A DNA stretch of 64,000 nt from Minisyncoccota bacterium (GTDB taxonomy: Bacteria > Patescibacteriota > Minisyncoccia > Phycocordibacterales > JABMNX01): the NCBI GenBank assembly GCA_040876885.1, contig JBBDOU010000008.1, positions 42,986-106,985 of the forward strand, written 5' to 3'. A program made the position numbers and the translations under genes. The notes below the pieces were generated by a model. That model was not told the DNA's origin and did not search any database. It was given only the letters and a program-made list of their open reading frames with translations. Positions 27,573-37,650 of this stretch are shown here, one piece after another (the first letter of the stretch is position 1; each line of letters begins with the position of its first letter).

Positions 27573-29525
27573 GTGAATTACCTAGACGACTTAAATGAAA
27601 AACAGCGAGCTGCGGTCCTCCATAAAGAGGGTCCACTCCTTATAATCGCTGGTGCTGGTGCTGGAAAGACGCGAGTACTTGCGCATCGCATATTGCACCT
27701 TCTAAAAAACGGAATCCTACCGGAAGAAATCCTTGCAGTAACGTTTACTAACAAATCTGCAAAGGAGATGCGAGAGCGAGTTATTGATTTAATCAATAAT
27801 GACAGGGATTTAAACCTTCCGGTTTCTCAATCTGCACAAAAGACTCCAACACCTTTTGTTTCTACCTTTCATGCACTTGGTGTACACATTATAAAAGAGA
27901 ACGCAGTGCTTTTAGGACTGAAACGTCACTTTAGTATCTTTGATCGGTCAGATTCAATACGTGCGATTAAAGAATCTATGAAGAAAAGTGACATAGACCA
28001 AAAGCAATTCGAACCAAGGAAGATTCTCGGACTTATTTCTCGTGCAAAAGGTGACGGCGTCTCACTTGCCCGCTATCAAGAAGGTGCGGGAAATGACTAT
28101 ATGAAAAAAATTGTTTCTCTGGTATGGGAAAAATATGAAACGATATTAAAAGGCGAGTGTTCGCTTGATTTCGACGACCTACTCCTTAAGACCGTGACCC
28201 TCCTTGAAACAAATGAAAAGGTCAGAAAACATTATTGTGGTATTTGGAAATATCTTCTTATAGACGAGTACCAAGACACAAACAAAGTACAATACAGAAT
28301 TTCAGAACTTCTTGCAGGAGATACGAAAAACATCTGCGTTGTGGGAGACATCGATCAAAATATTTACAGCTGGCGAGGAGCTGATATTCAAAATTTACTC
28401 GATTTTGAAAAAACATATCCAAACACCACGACCGTCCTCCTTGAGCAAAACTACCGTTCCTCGCAAAATATCCTCGGTGCATCAAATGCCATCATTGAAA
28501 AAAACAAAAATCGACTTGAGAAAAAATTATTCACCGAACAGGGGCGTGGAGAGAAAATCATGGTCGCAGGTAACTACGACGAAGAAGCCGAGGCACATTT
28601 TATTACTGAAAAAGTTGAGACACTTGTCAGAGGAGGGGTATCGCATAAAGAAATCGCGGTCCTATATCGCACAAACTTTCAGTCACGAATCCTCGAGGAA
28701 GTTTTCTTATATCAAGATATTCCGTATCAGGTTCTCGGCACTCGATTCTTTGAGAGAAAGGAAGTCAAAGACATACTCTCATTTATGCGAGCCGCGTATA
28801 ATCCAGAAAATACCGCCGATATAAAGCGCGTTATCGATGTCCCTCCTCGGGGGATTGGAAAAGTGACACTCCTGCGCATGATAGAGAAACGTGAAGATGA
28901 GCTCTCTTCTGCAATGAGAAAACGGGTCGAAGATTTCAAGAACCTCCTACTCCGTATCCGGGAATACGGGGGAGCGCATGCACCATCTGAAACAGTCCTT
29001 TTTATTTTAAAGGAAAGCGGACTTGAAGCGACTCTTAAAGAAGGTGTAGGAAGCCACAAGGAAGAAAACCTTGAACGGCTACAAAACGTATACGAACTCA
29101 AGACACTCGCAGAGAAATATGACACACTACCACCAGATCAAGGAATAGAAAAACTACTTGAAGACGCCGCGCTTGCAACGGACCAAGATTCACTAGAAAA
29201 AGAAAACGACGCGGTGAAGCTTATGACCGTCCATGCGTCAAAAGGGCTCGAATTTGATTATGTATTTATCTCTGGACTTGAAGAAGATTTGTTTCCGCAA
29301 CAATCTAGTGACGATAGAGACACCGAAGAAGAACGGAGACTATTTTACGTTGCACTTACTCGGGCACGAAAAAAAGTATTTCTCACGTTTGCATCAACCC
29401 GTATGATCTTTGGTTCACGAGAGGTTCGACTCCCTTCTGATTTTATCAATGATATCCCTGATGAGTTTCTTGAAGTAGAGGGGGATGCACCACAGTCGCG
29501 TGGGGAATTACTGACGATAGAATAA
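27573..29525 (+). CDS. pcrA: ATP-dependent DNA helicase PcrA/UvrD family
   Basis: Motif I AGAGAGKTRVLAHR, motif II LLIDEYQDTN, motif V/VI region (VALTRARKKVFL). Confidence 0.9.
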   Translation: MNYLDDLNEKQRAAVLHKEGPLLIIAGAGAGKTRVLAHRILHLLKNGILPEEILAVTFTNKSAKEMRERVIDLINNDRDLNLPVSQSAQKTPTPFVSTFHALGVHIIKENAVLLGLKRHFSIFDRSDSIRAIKESMKKSDIDQKQFEPRKILGLISRAKGDGVSLARYQEGAGNDYMKKIVSLVWEKYETILKGECSLDFDDLLLKTVTLLETNEKVRKHYCGIWKYLLIDEYQDTNKVQYRISELLAGDTKNICVVGDIDQNIYSWRGADIQNLLDFEKTYPNTTTVLLEQNYRSSQNILGASNAIIEKNKNRLEKKLFTEQGRGEKIMVAGNYDEEAEAHFITEKVETLVRGGVSHKEIAVLYRTNFQSRILEEVFLYQDIPYQVLGTRFFERKEVKDILSFMRAAYNPENTADIKRVIDVPPRGIGKVTLLRMIEKREDELSSAMRKRVEDFKNLLLRIREYGGAHAPSETVLFILKESGLEATLKEGVGSHKEENLERLQNVYELKTLAEKYDTLPPDQGIEKLLEDAALATDQDSLEKENDAVKLMTVHASKGLEFDYVFISGLEEDLFPQQSSDDRDTEEERRLFYVALTRARKKVFLTFASTRMIFGSREVRLPSDFINDIPDEFLEVEGDAPQSRGELLTIE

Positions 29526-29529
29526 TTAT

Positions 29530-30306
29530 ATGTTTGCAAAAAAATCACTCGGGCAACACTTTCTTATCGCCCCACTCATAATTACAAAGACTGTATCGGC
29601 AGGTACTGTAACCCACGATGACGTTGTCCTTGAAATTGGTCCCGGTAATGGTGCGCTCACTAAAGAACTTCTCCTTACGGCAAAAAAAGTTGTTGCTGTT
29701 GAAAAAGACAGGGCGTTGGTAGAGAAATTAGAAGTAGTTTTTAAAAAAGAAATAGAAAATGGGTCCCTTGAACTTATTCATGACGATATTTTATTATGCG
29801 ATTTTGAAACGTTACAACTTCCTGCTTCATATAAAGTTGTCGCAAATATCCCCTACTACATCACCGGGATTCTTATTCGAACCCTCCTCACAAACAAAAT
29901 AAAACCAAAAACAATCGTTCTTATTGTTCAGAAAGAAATAGCTGAACGTATTGCACGTGACAAAAAAGAAAGCCTGCTTTCACTCAGTGTTAAAGCATAC
30001 GGAACACCGCGATACATTGGAACTATAAAAGCAGGCGCTTTTAACCCCCCTCCTAAGGTGGATTCTGCCATACTTCTTATTGAAAATATCTCCTTGGGCT
30101 TTTTCGACACAATCTCAGAAGAATCCTTCTTTACAGCCATAAAAGCAGGCTTCTCAAGCAAAAGAAAACAGGTAATCAACAACCTTGAGAAGATAGAAAA
30201 CAGAGAAAAAATCGTGCGCGTGTTTGAAAAACTATCCTTAAACCAGAAGATTAGAGCAGAAGATATCACCCTTGGGGTCTGGAAGGATATTCTAACAACG
30301 CTTTAG
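29530..30306 (+). CDS. rsmA: 16S rRNA (adenine1518/1519-N6)-dimethyltransferase
   Basis: FAKKSLGQHFL opening, SAM motif VVLEIGPGNGALT, NIPYYIT. Confidence 0.9.
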   Translation: MFAKKSLGQHFLIAPLIITKTVSAGTVTHDDVVLEIGPGNGALTKELLLTAKKVVAVEKDRALVEKLEVVFKKEIENGSLELIHDDILLCDFETLQLPASYKVVANIPYYITGILIRTLLTNKIKPKTIVLIVQKEIAERIARDKKESLLSLSVKAYGTPRYIGTIKAGAFNPPPKVDSAILLIENISLGFFDTISEESFFTAIKAGFSSKRKQVINNLEKIENREKIVRVFEKLSLNQKIRAEDITLGVWKDILTTL

Positions 30307-30327
30307 GATGCTTTGAGTTTAACGGAA

Positions 30328-30678
30328 TTAGATCCCGCCACTTGAACCAACAATCATCATAATAGGACCCGCGCCAATATAAAATTGGCCCAAGAAACAA
30401 AGTCCGGGAGGGCCCGCATTGCCAAGAACCCAACGAGGGACCGATGGGGGACCATATAAATATGTTCGGGTTGCTAGTGTATACATATACTCACCGCCAA
30501 CAGGTGGACCAATAAGCGCAAGGAGTCCCGTGTTACACGGCTTTGTTATTAAGGTTCTACCGCCAAATGGAATCAGCGCATGTGCTTGAAATGGAAGTAA
30601 TAAAATTCCAATAATACATAAAAGAAGCGCCAGTGTAGGTAGTCGTCTTTGTAAAAAAAGAATTACAAAATATCTCAT
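30328..30678 (-). CDS. Small secreted Gly/Pro-rich protein with two Cys and a hydrophobic C-terminus, unknown function
   Basis: Signal peptide ending QAHA; mature about 80 aa; divergent from the T4SS-like cluster. Confidence 0.45.
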   Translation of the reverse strand: MRYFVILFLQRRLPTLALLLCIIGILLLPFQAHALIPFGGRTLITKPCNTGLLALIGPPVGGEYMYTLATRTYLYGPPSVPRWVLGNAGPPGLCFLGQFYIGAGPIMMIVGSSGGI

Positions 30679-30715
30679 ACTAAAAAGTATACCTTCTAAA
30701 TGGTATACTCACCAC

Positions 30716-31453
30716 ATGCATCTTCAGATTAGGCAAATGGGTACGCTTGCAATACTACTTGCGCTCTTTATAGCGGTAACAATTTATTTATTTCCAAGAG
30801 AAGACTCGCCACAAAGCACACAAGGCACCCTAAAAGGTATTTCAGTCTCTAACGCAAAAAAAACAGGTACTCAAACGGGGTATACTTCTCTTTCGTCGAC
30901 TGAGGGAGGTGTGCTCCATACGGGAGGTACGTCTATTTTCAATAAAACAACCCTGCAAGAATTTTTAAATACAAACACAGATGAGCGTACTGCTACAATC
31001 ACCGGAACGGACTCGGGCGAAGAAGAAGTACTGAGCGCATTAAAAGACTATGGGAATAGCGCTGGTGCTATTATAAAAAGTCACCTAAGCGAGAGTCGTG
31101 ACGAGGCAGGTGTACTCGACAAGTTTATAACAACTCCAAAAAATATCGAAGCACAGAACGACTTTAAAGCGCTTCTCAATGACTACCGTGCAGTTGGTCA
31201 CGAACTTAACGCACTTGTACCGCCTACAGTACTCGACATGCACCACAAAAAATTTGCCGACGTCTATATACATATAGGGGACTCGATGGAGCAACTTTTA
31301 TACAGTGCTATCAGTAGTGAAGACGCAGACACATACAACGAAAATATTACCTTATATATTGATGCGTATGTACACGTTGCAGAAACCTTACGTGTGTACG
31401 GGGTGACATTTAACGCAGACGAACCCGGGTCCCTATTCACACTTCCGTTCTAG
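30716..31453 (+). CDS. Membrane-anchored protein, unknown function (first gene of the T4SS-like cluster)
   Basis: N-terminal TM helix, Ser/Thr/Gly-rich linker, globular C-terminal domain. Confidence 0.55.
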   Translation: MHLQIRQMGTLAILLALFIAVTIYLFPREDSPQSTQGTLKGISVSNAKKTGTQTGYTSLSSTEGGVLHTGGTSIFNKTTLQEFLNTNTDERTATITGTDSGEEEVLSALKDYGNSAGAIIKSHLSESRDEAGVLDKFITTPKNIEAQNDFKALLNDYRAVGHELNALVPPTVLDMHHKKFADVYIHIGDSMEQLLYSAISSEDADTYNENITLYIDAYVHVAETLRVYGVTFNADEPGSLFTLPF

Positions 31454-31480
31454 GAATGTACGGCTAAACACTGCTATACT

Positions 31481-32398
31481 GTGGTTATGAACGGGCGTTT
31501 CTTAAAGAAAAACGTTGTACTTGTAGCTGTTGTTACTGGTGCACTACTTATCAGTGCCTCTTTTGTATTAGTAGCGCTAAAACACAAAGGAGCAGTGACG
31601 ACAAAGGGAGTAGCAGTAAATAAAAATCTTGAGCAAATAGTTACCCAGACGGTTTCTGTAGATTCAGACAATGATGGGCTTAAAGACTGGGAGGAAATTC
31701 TTTTTGGGACGGACCCGCAAAACCCAGACTCAGACAATGACGGGATTCTAGACGGACAAGAAGAAGATATTGCACAAACGCCAGGGTCTATAGACAGAGA
31801 GAAAGTAGAAGCGCTTGCACATACTGATAAACTCGCCTTCCAGCTTTTTGAGGGATATATTGACTTGAAACAACGGCGCTATTTAGGAACAAATATTGAA
31901 GAAAATTTTGTCGCTGGACTTGTTGAAGACAGTCTTCCTGAAATTTCTTACACCCAATACTCCTCGAAAGATTTTACAATAGATACAAAGGCCACACCAA
32001 GTGAAAAGGAACGAGTACGTACCTACCGGTCAGCACTTAATGTTGCCTGGAGCCCTTTATTCCTTGTAAAAGAAGACGAGCTCATTACATTTACCCGAAT
32101 CGTAGAGGATGGTGATAAGAAAGGAATAGCGAAACTACAATTTGCAAAAGAAAAGTACGAAGAAGCAATCAAAAACATGCTTCGTGTTTCTGTACCGAGC
32201 GATGCAGTCACACTACACACAGATATACTCAATGGATTTAGTTTTTTTATTGGAGTTCTTGATACAATGATACAAGTAGAAAATGATCCCTTATCTGCAC
32301 TTGTTGCAGTTGAAGGATACGCCGAAGGGGAGGGGCGCATACGGGCATCAATTGAACGCTTCAAGACTTACTTGCTACTAAAAGGAATAACAAAATAA
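31481..32398 (+). CDS. Membrane-anchored protein with thrombospondin-type-3-like Ca-binding repeats
   Basis: N-terminal TM helix; DSDNDGLKDWEE...DPQNPDSDNDGILDGQEED. Confidence 0.55.
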   Translation: MVMNGRFLKKNVVLVAVVTGALLISASFVLVALKHKGAVTTKGVAVNKNLEQIVTQTVSVDSDNDGLKDWEEILFGTDPQNPDSDNDGILDGQEEDIAQTPGSIDREKVEALAHTDKLAFQLFEGYIDLKQRRYLGTNIEENFVAGLVEDSLPEISYTQYSSKDFTIDTKATPSEKERVRTYRSALNVAWSPLFLVKEDELITFTRIVEDGDKKGIAKLQFAKEKYEEAIKNMLRVSVPSDAVTLHTDILNGFSFFIGVLDTMIQVENDPLSALVAVEGYAEGEGRIRASIERFKTYLLLKGITK

Positions 32399-34047
32399 TG
32401 AATACCATTTCTAAAAACATACTCACCCTACTCATAGTGTTTGCGCTTTGTGTTCCTTTTGGTTTATCCTCGACTACCTATACCGCTCACGCTCAATCAA
32501 CGAGTGGGGCAGATGCTGGAGGTAACCCTGATCTTGGAGGGGACGACACTGCTGATGATGCTGCTATATCTTCCGCAGGAGGCATCCTCTCCTGTCTTGC
32601 TGGTGGATATATAGATGGTTTCTTAGGGGCTGGTGCGAGTGCAATTGGACTAGTAGTTCCTGTTAACGATTCTCTGGTAACCTCAAACACCGGAACAATA
32701 AAAAACAAAGATTGTGTTCTTGATGGACTGACGACTGTTGTGCGTGATGTATTAATATCAAGCATGACTCGAAGTATTGTAAATTGGATTAATGGCGGCT
32801 TTGACGGAAACCCAGCATTTATAACCGACCTCGAAGGATTCTTATTAGATGTAGGGGATCAGGTCGTAGGAACATACATCGAAGGTTCAGAGCTTGCCTT
32901 CCTTTGTAGTCCCTTTCAATTAGATGTGCGTATTAGCCTTGCGCTTGACTACTACACCAACGCCCGCGACCGTGTCTCATGTACCTTAACAGGAGTAATC
33001 GAAAACCTTAACGATTCTTTTGATGACCTCTCATCAAAAAACTCATGGGACTCATGGCTTGAGCTTTCGGTAAACCCACACAACAATCCGTACGGATCAT
33101 TTTTGGCTTCAAGACAAGCGATGCGTCAATCCATCGCCTCTGCGCAAAACAACCAACAAAGCATCCTTAATTGGGGTAGTGGATTTCGTTCTTATGAAGT
33201 CTGCGATACTGCTGGAGTACAAGACCCTAATGACAGTGCGAACATCTCCGTGGGGAACTTTAATTGTAGAATTGCGACTCCTGGAGTTGTTATTAACGAA
33301 CAACTCAGCCAAACCTTAGGTTCAGGGTTCAGGCAACTTGAGCTTGCTGATGAAATAAATGAGATTATTGGGGCGCTTCTTGGACAACTCTCAAAACAAG
33401 TTCTCGGCGGTTCTCGATCAGGTCTATCTGGGTTAAGTAGTAGTCGTTATGGGCGACCTTCTTATGTTAATCAGCTCGTGAGCGCTTCTAACGAAAAATC
33501 TGAATCAGAATTCCGTAGCTACGGAACAAGTGTTGTTGACGGGTCAATTAACACAGAAAGTCAACTTATCACGAGTAAAAAAGTGTCACTCGCTCGACTT
33601 AATGCATCAGAAACATTATTAAAATCTCTTGCCGTATGTTATGAAGGGAAACTCTCAACCACACAAAACCCAACACTTACTCCCGAAGAAAGAACTACCG
33701 CAACCGAGGGTATGAACACTGCAAGCTCAACTATTGCTGCGAGCATAACACCACTACAAAAACTTATCACGGATGATATAGCACACGCTGAAAATAATAT
33801 CTCCAAGCTTCTTGTTATTAAAGAGAATCTAAAAAATACAACCTCCCAAGCTGGCGTCGACCGAGTCCTCGCAAACGAACTTGACCCGCTCGTTAAAGAT
33901 AAAATCATCCACTCCCAACCCGATTTTGTTATTGCAACACAACAAAAAGAAGACATCAGTAGTATCACGGACGCAATGAACACGGCAACAAATGCAAACC
34001 TCACGACGTGTTCTGCATTTCCTGTACGGGGGACTAATCAAAACTAA
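32398..34047 (+). CDS. Large secreted protein (549 aa), unknown function; candidate surface or pilus-tip component
   Basis: Signal peptide ending AHAQ; Gly/Asp-rich region; no TM helix; start overlaps the stop of the previous gene. Confidence 0.55.
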   Translation: MNTISKNILTLLIVFALCVPFGLSSTTYTAHAQSTSGADAGGNPDLGGDDTADDAAISSAGGILSCLAGGYIDGFLGAGASAIGLVVPVNDSLVTSNTGTIKNKDCVLDGLTTVVRDVLISSMTRSIVNWINGGFDGNPAFITDLEGFLLDVGDQVVGTYIEGSELAFLCSPFQLDVRISLALDYYTNARDRVSCTLTGVIENLNDSFDDLSSKNSWDSWLELSVNPHNNPYGSFLASRQAMRQSIASAQNNQQSILNWGSGFRSYEVCDTAGVQDPNDSANISVGNFNCRIATPGVVINEQLSQTLGSGFRQLELADEINEIIGALLGQLSKQVLGGSRSGLSGLSSSRYGRPSYVNQLVSASNEKSESEFRSYGTSVVDGSINTESQLITSKKVSLARLNASETLLKSLAVCYEGKLSTTQNPTLTPEERTTATEGMNTASSTIAASITPLQKLITDDIAHAENNISKLLVIKENLKNTTSQAGVDRVLANELDPLVKDKIIHSQPDFVIATQQKEDISSITDAMNTATNANLTTCSAFPVRGTNQN

Positions 34048-34053
34048 CATTTC

Positions 34054-36165
34054 ATGAAACGTATTATCTTTATCAGCCTTATACTCACACTACTCTACGT
34101 ACCAGTATCATTTAACCTTGATACTACGAATAACTTTGAACCTTTAATAGCAAATGCTAACCATAGTGACGAGCAACACCCGGGTATTGTAGGAGAGGAT
34201 ACTTCGCCACAATCAGGATCTCTGACAACAGATAGTAGCGGAGTTACACGAGAGGCATTTAGCCCTATCTCTAATGCATTTAACGAGTTTATGGAGAATG
34301 TTGCGCTTCTCCCAATCTTTATTTCAGGTTTTTTTGTGTATGTGGCAGGGGCACTTTTTGACGTATCAATACTAGAGACAGTTAGTAGACTTGGGGTGCA
34401 TTTCAGCGCTGTGGATGGAATTAATATTGCATGGGGGACACTTCGAGACTTAGCGAACATACTCTTTATATTTGGACTTCTGACAATTGCGATATCCACA
34501 ATCCTGGGCCTATCTGGTTTTGGGTATAAGAAACTACTCGCTCGGCTTATTATTGTCGCACTATTAATAAACTTCAGTCTCTTCTTCACCAAATTTGTGA
34601 TAGACGCTTCAAATATTTTTGCGCTTCAATTCTATCAACAACTTTCTGTACCAGACGCCGATGGTACTCGGAGCATCTCAAATATTTTTAGACACGCACT
34701 TGGACTCGACACACTGTGGAGCACGGAAACTGTACTTAATAGACTTAACCAACTTAACTATAACTCTAGTGGAGGATTCGGCTTAATGTTTCTCTACTCA
34801 ATATTTACTTCAATATTCTTATTTATCACCGCATTTGTATTTATGTTTGGTGCAATTTTGCTTATTGTTCGTGCTGTTGGATTTATACTACTTGCTATCC
34901 TTTCTCCCGTTGCTTTCGCGGCGTACGTTCTACCCACAACTCAGAAGTGGACCGACATGTGGTGGAAAAAACTCTGGGAGTACGCTATTTTTGCGCCAGC
35001 ATTTCTCTTGATGTTGTGGATTACCGCATCCATTATTCCAAGTATTACCGCGACTTTCGCACCAAACGGAGGGGGGTTGCTTGAGGCTATTTCATCAAAT
35101 CCTGAGGAACGCATCGGGAGTGTGAGTATGATACTTAATTTTATTATTTTGATATCACTACTCATTGCTTCAATTGTTATTTCCAATAAACTTTCTATTG
35201 CGGGTTCAGAAAAACTTACCAAAATGGGTAAGAGCCTTGGCAAATTTGGTGCAGGAAAAGCACTCGCACTTCCTTTTGGCCTCACAGCAGCACTTGGCAG
35301 GAATCTTCCGGGACGCGGTCTTAGAGCATTAAGTAACTCACAAGGACTAAAGGATGTTGCTTCTGGTAAACGAAACTTTAAACCATTAGCGGGCGATGGG
35401 GTTTTTGCTAGAGGTGCAAACATAGCAGCTAATAAGATAGCCCAGAAGAGCGCTGAGTATGGGCTAAAAGGAGCACGGGTTGGTGCCGATGCAAACTTTG
35501 ATGCACGCGCCTTCCCTGGAGCTGGAGCTGTTATAAAAAGCACTGGATTAAACCTAGGGAAGCCAAGAAAAGGTGGGTATGAGACTACAATTAAAAAACA
35601 AGTTGAGGACAGGAAGAAATTTGGAGAGTCATTAGGTAACGACTCAGTAACTCAAGATGCGTTAATAAAACCTCTAGAAAAAGAACAAGGAGAAATCAAA
35701 GGACGCAAAAAAGAACAGGAAGGAGAGAAGACCGAAGATCAAAATAGGATAAAAAATCTTAGTCGACAAAAACAAGCGCTCGTACGGGATGGAAAAGAAT
35801 ATTCAAACGAAATGAACGCGCTTGATGTAGAGCTAAACAAAGCAGAATCAAAACTTGCAGACACAGAGAACACGCTGAAGAGAATTGGCGATGAGGAAAA
35901 GAAAATCAAAGAACAGCTTGACGCAGTAAATAATATCGGAAAAGAAAGAGCTAAAAGTTTTGCTCAGATGTTGGCTTCAGAAAAGACTGTTGATACGCTT
36001 TGGTTTAAAGTTCCTAGAAAAAATAAAGAAGCAGGGATTGCAATGATGAAGGGGAAAAGTGACGAAGATAAACTAATAGAAGGCCTTACAAAAAAAATGA
36101 AAAAAGAAAAAAAAGAGAGCGATACAGATGATGACGGGGAATCTTCTGAAAAGAAAGAGAGCTAA
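34054..36165 (+). CDS. VirB6/TrbL-like polytopic membrane protein with a long charged coiled-coil C-terminal tail
   Basis: Signal/TM N-terminus, about 7 TM helices between residues 90 and 370, then 300 aa of K/E-rich coiled coil; topology and position next to VirB3/VirB4-like genes. Confidence 0.5.
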   Translation: MKRIIFISLILTLLYVPVSFNLDTTNNFEPLIANANHSDEQHPGIVGEDTSPQSGSLTTDSSGVTREAFSPISNAFNEFMENVALLPIFISGFFVYVAGALFDVSILETVSRLGVHFSAVDGINIAWGTLRDLANILFIFGLLTIAISTILGLSGFGYKKLLARLIIVALLINFSLFFTKFVIDASNIFALQFYQQLSVPDADGTRSISNIFRHALGLDTLWSTETVLNRLNQLNYNSSGGFGLMFLYSIFTSIFLFITAFVFMFGAILLIVRAVGFILLAILSPVAFAAYVLPTTQKWTDMWWKKLWEYAIFAPAFLLMLWITASIIPSITATFAPNGGGLLEAISSNPEERIGSVSMILNFIILISLLIASIVISNKLSIAGSEKLTKMGKSLGKFGAGKALALPFGLTAALGRNLPGRGLRALSNSQGLKDVASGKRNFKPLAGDGVFARGANIAANKIAQKSAEYGLKGARVGADANFDARAFPGAGAVIKSTGLNLGKPRKGGYETTIKKQVEDRKKFGESLGNDSVTQDALIKPLEKEQGEIKGRKKEQEGEKTEDQNRIKNLSRQKQALVRDGKEYSNEMNALDVELNKAESKLADTENTLKRIGDEEKKIKEQLDAVNNIGKERAKSFAQMLASEKTVDTLWFKVPRKNKEAGIAMMKGKSDEDKLIEGLTKKMKKEKKESDTDDDGESSEKKES

Positions 36166-36177
36166 ACAAACACTATT

Positions 36178-36645
36178 ATGGAACACCATGCACCCACTAT
36201 TCTAGAAAAACAATTTGATAAGCTTCCGAAGCAATTACAGGCCTTTATCAGTTCTGGAAACCTTACACGTACTTTAGAAGATATCGGCAAGGATCATACT
36301 TTAAGTGACCGAGAACAAACCGGGTTAGAAAACACCTCGCTCATGATTCTTTTAGGACTCGAGCCACTCAGTGAACTTAAAAACCACTTAATGCAAAAAT
36401 ACGCATTGACTGAAGAAAAGGCAGAGAGTGTCTCTGATGATTTCTCTGCAAAAGTAATTACCCCGCTGGAACAAGATTTGCGTAATTTCCTAGAAAATGA
36501 ACGCCAAGAGGAAATATCAAACCCTATGGAAGAGTCGACTGTACAACCATTGTTATCTAAAGACGACACCGACAGAGTACGTGCACTCCTTCGAGAAAAT
36601 GCCAAGACAGTAAGTATTAAAAATATTATTGCTAACATTGAATAA
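36178..36645 (+). CDS. Cytoplasmic protein, unknown function (paralog A)
   Basis: 155 aa; shares a KLPxQLQ...H.L...Q...LEN....LLG.E pattern with the next gene. Confidence 0.5.
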   Translation: MEHHAPTILEKQFDKLPKQLQAFISSGNLTRTLEDIGKDHTLSDREQTGLENTSLMILLGLEPLSELKNHLMQKYALTEEKAESVSDDFSAKVITPLEQDLRNFLENERQEEISNPMEESTVQPLLSKDDTDRVRALLRENAKTVSIKNIIANIE

Positions 36646-36646
36646 T

Positions 36647-37159
36647 ATGAACGACGTAAATATTCACACAACACTCAAGGAGCAGTTTAAAAAACTCCCG
36701 CCAAAACTGCAAGAAGCAATCACATCAACAGAAATTGCTGAAAAACTTCGTGCAATAGCTCAAAAACATAGGCTCCATATAGACCAAGGACAGATACTTG
36801 AAAATGAGACTTATATGGTACTTCTTGGGATAGAGCAGGCGGGGGCATATGAAAAAAATCTACAAAAAGAACTTACTATACCAACTGAAGTCGCACAAAA
36901 GATATACACTGATGTGGCAAAAGACATTTTCTTAGTAATACGCGACACATTAAAAGAGGCGACAACTACCGAGAAGCCAACACAAGTGCCTGATCCTGAG
37001 GCCCAAACTGTACACGCCCAGGAAACAAGTCCATTTACAACAAATACTGACACAGCTCACAATAAACTTGAGTCAGTAGTGAGAAAACAAAGTAAAGATT
37101 TTGAGATTTCTCCCAGAAAAACATACACAACAGACCCCTACCGAGAATCGATAGAGTAA
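36647..37159 (+). CDS. Cytoplasmic protein, unknown function (paralog B)
   Basis: Start set at MNDVNIH immediately after the upstream stop; shares the pattern described for paralog A. Confidence 0.5.
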   Translation: MNDVNIHTTLKEQFKKLPPKLQEAITSTEIAEKLRAIAQKHRLHIDQGQILENETYMVLLGIEQAGAYEKNLQKELTIPTEVAQKIYTDVAKDIFLVIRDTLKEATTTEKPTQVPDPEAQTVHAQETSPFTTNTDTAHNKLESVVRKQSKDFEISPRKTYTTDPYRESIE

Positions 37160-37222
37160 AAAGTACTAAGAAAAAGTGTATAGCGCACTTAAATAGGGAG
37201 ACAAATACAGTATAATAAAGAC

Positions 37223-37648
37223 ATGCGCTACCAAGTGCCGCAGTTTATTGATGTAGAAGATAGAATATTTGGCCCACTAACCATCAAGCAATTCGTCTAC
37301 TTGGCTGGAGGTGCTGGTATTTCTTTTGTTTTATGGAGGTTATTTCCTATCATTGTTGCACTTATCATCATTGCTCCGGTAGTTGCGCTCTCTTTAGGGC
37401 TTGCTTTTTATAAAGTAAATGACCGCCCACTAATCACCACAATAGAATATGCGCTTGGGTACCTCTTTGGGAAAAAACTCTACTTATGGGAGACGAGTAA
37501 AAAACTTCCGAAAGAAGCGACAGCAAAAGTAACCAAAGAAAACGAGCTCATCTCAGTACCTAAGCTCTCAGACAGTAAGTTAAAAGACCTCTCATGGAGT
37601 CTCGATATAAAAGAAAATATACACTCTTCAGAAAATAATACTATTTAA
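37223..37648 (+). CDS. VirB3/PrgI-like small membrane protein
   Basis: 141 aa; VPQFIDVEDRIFGPLTIKQFVYLAGGAG followed by a TM helix; directly precedes the VirB4 region. Confidence 0.45.
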   Translation: MRYQVPQFIDVEDRIFGPLTIKQFVYLAGGAGISFVLWRLFPIIVALIIIAPVVALSLGLAFYKVNDRPLITTIEYALGYLFGKKLYLWETSKKLPKEATAKVTKENELISVPKLSDSKLKDLSWSLDIKENIHSSENNTI

Positions 37649-37650
37649 CT

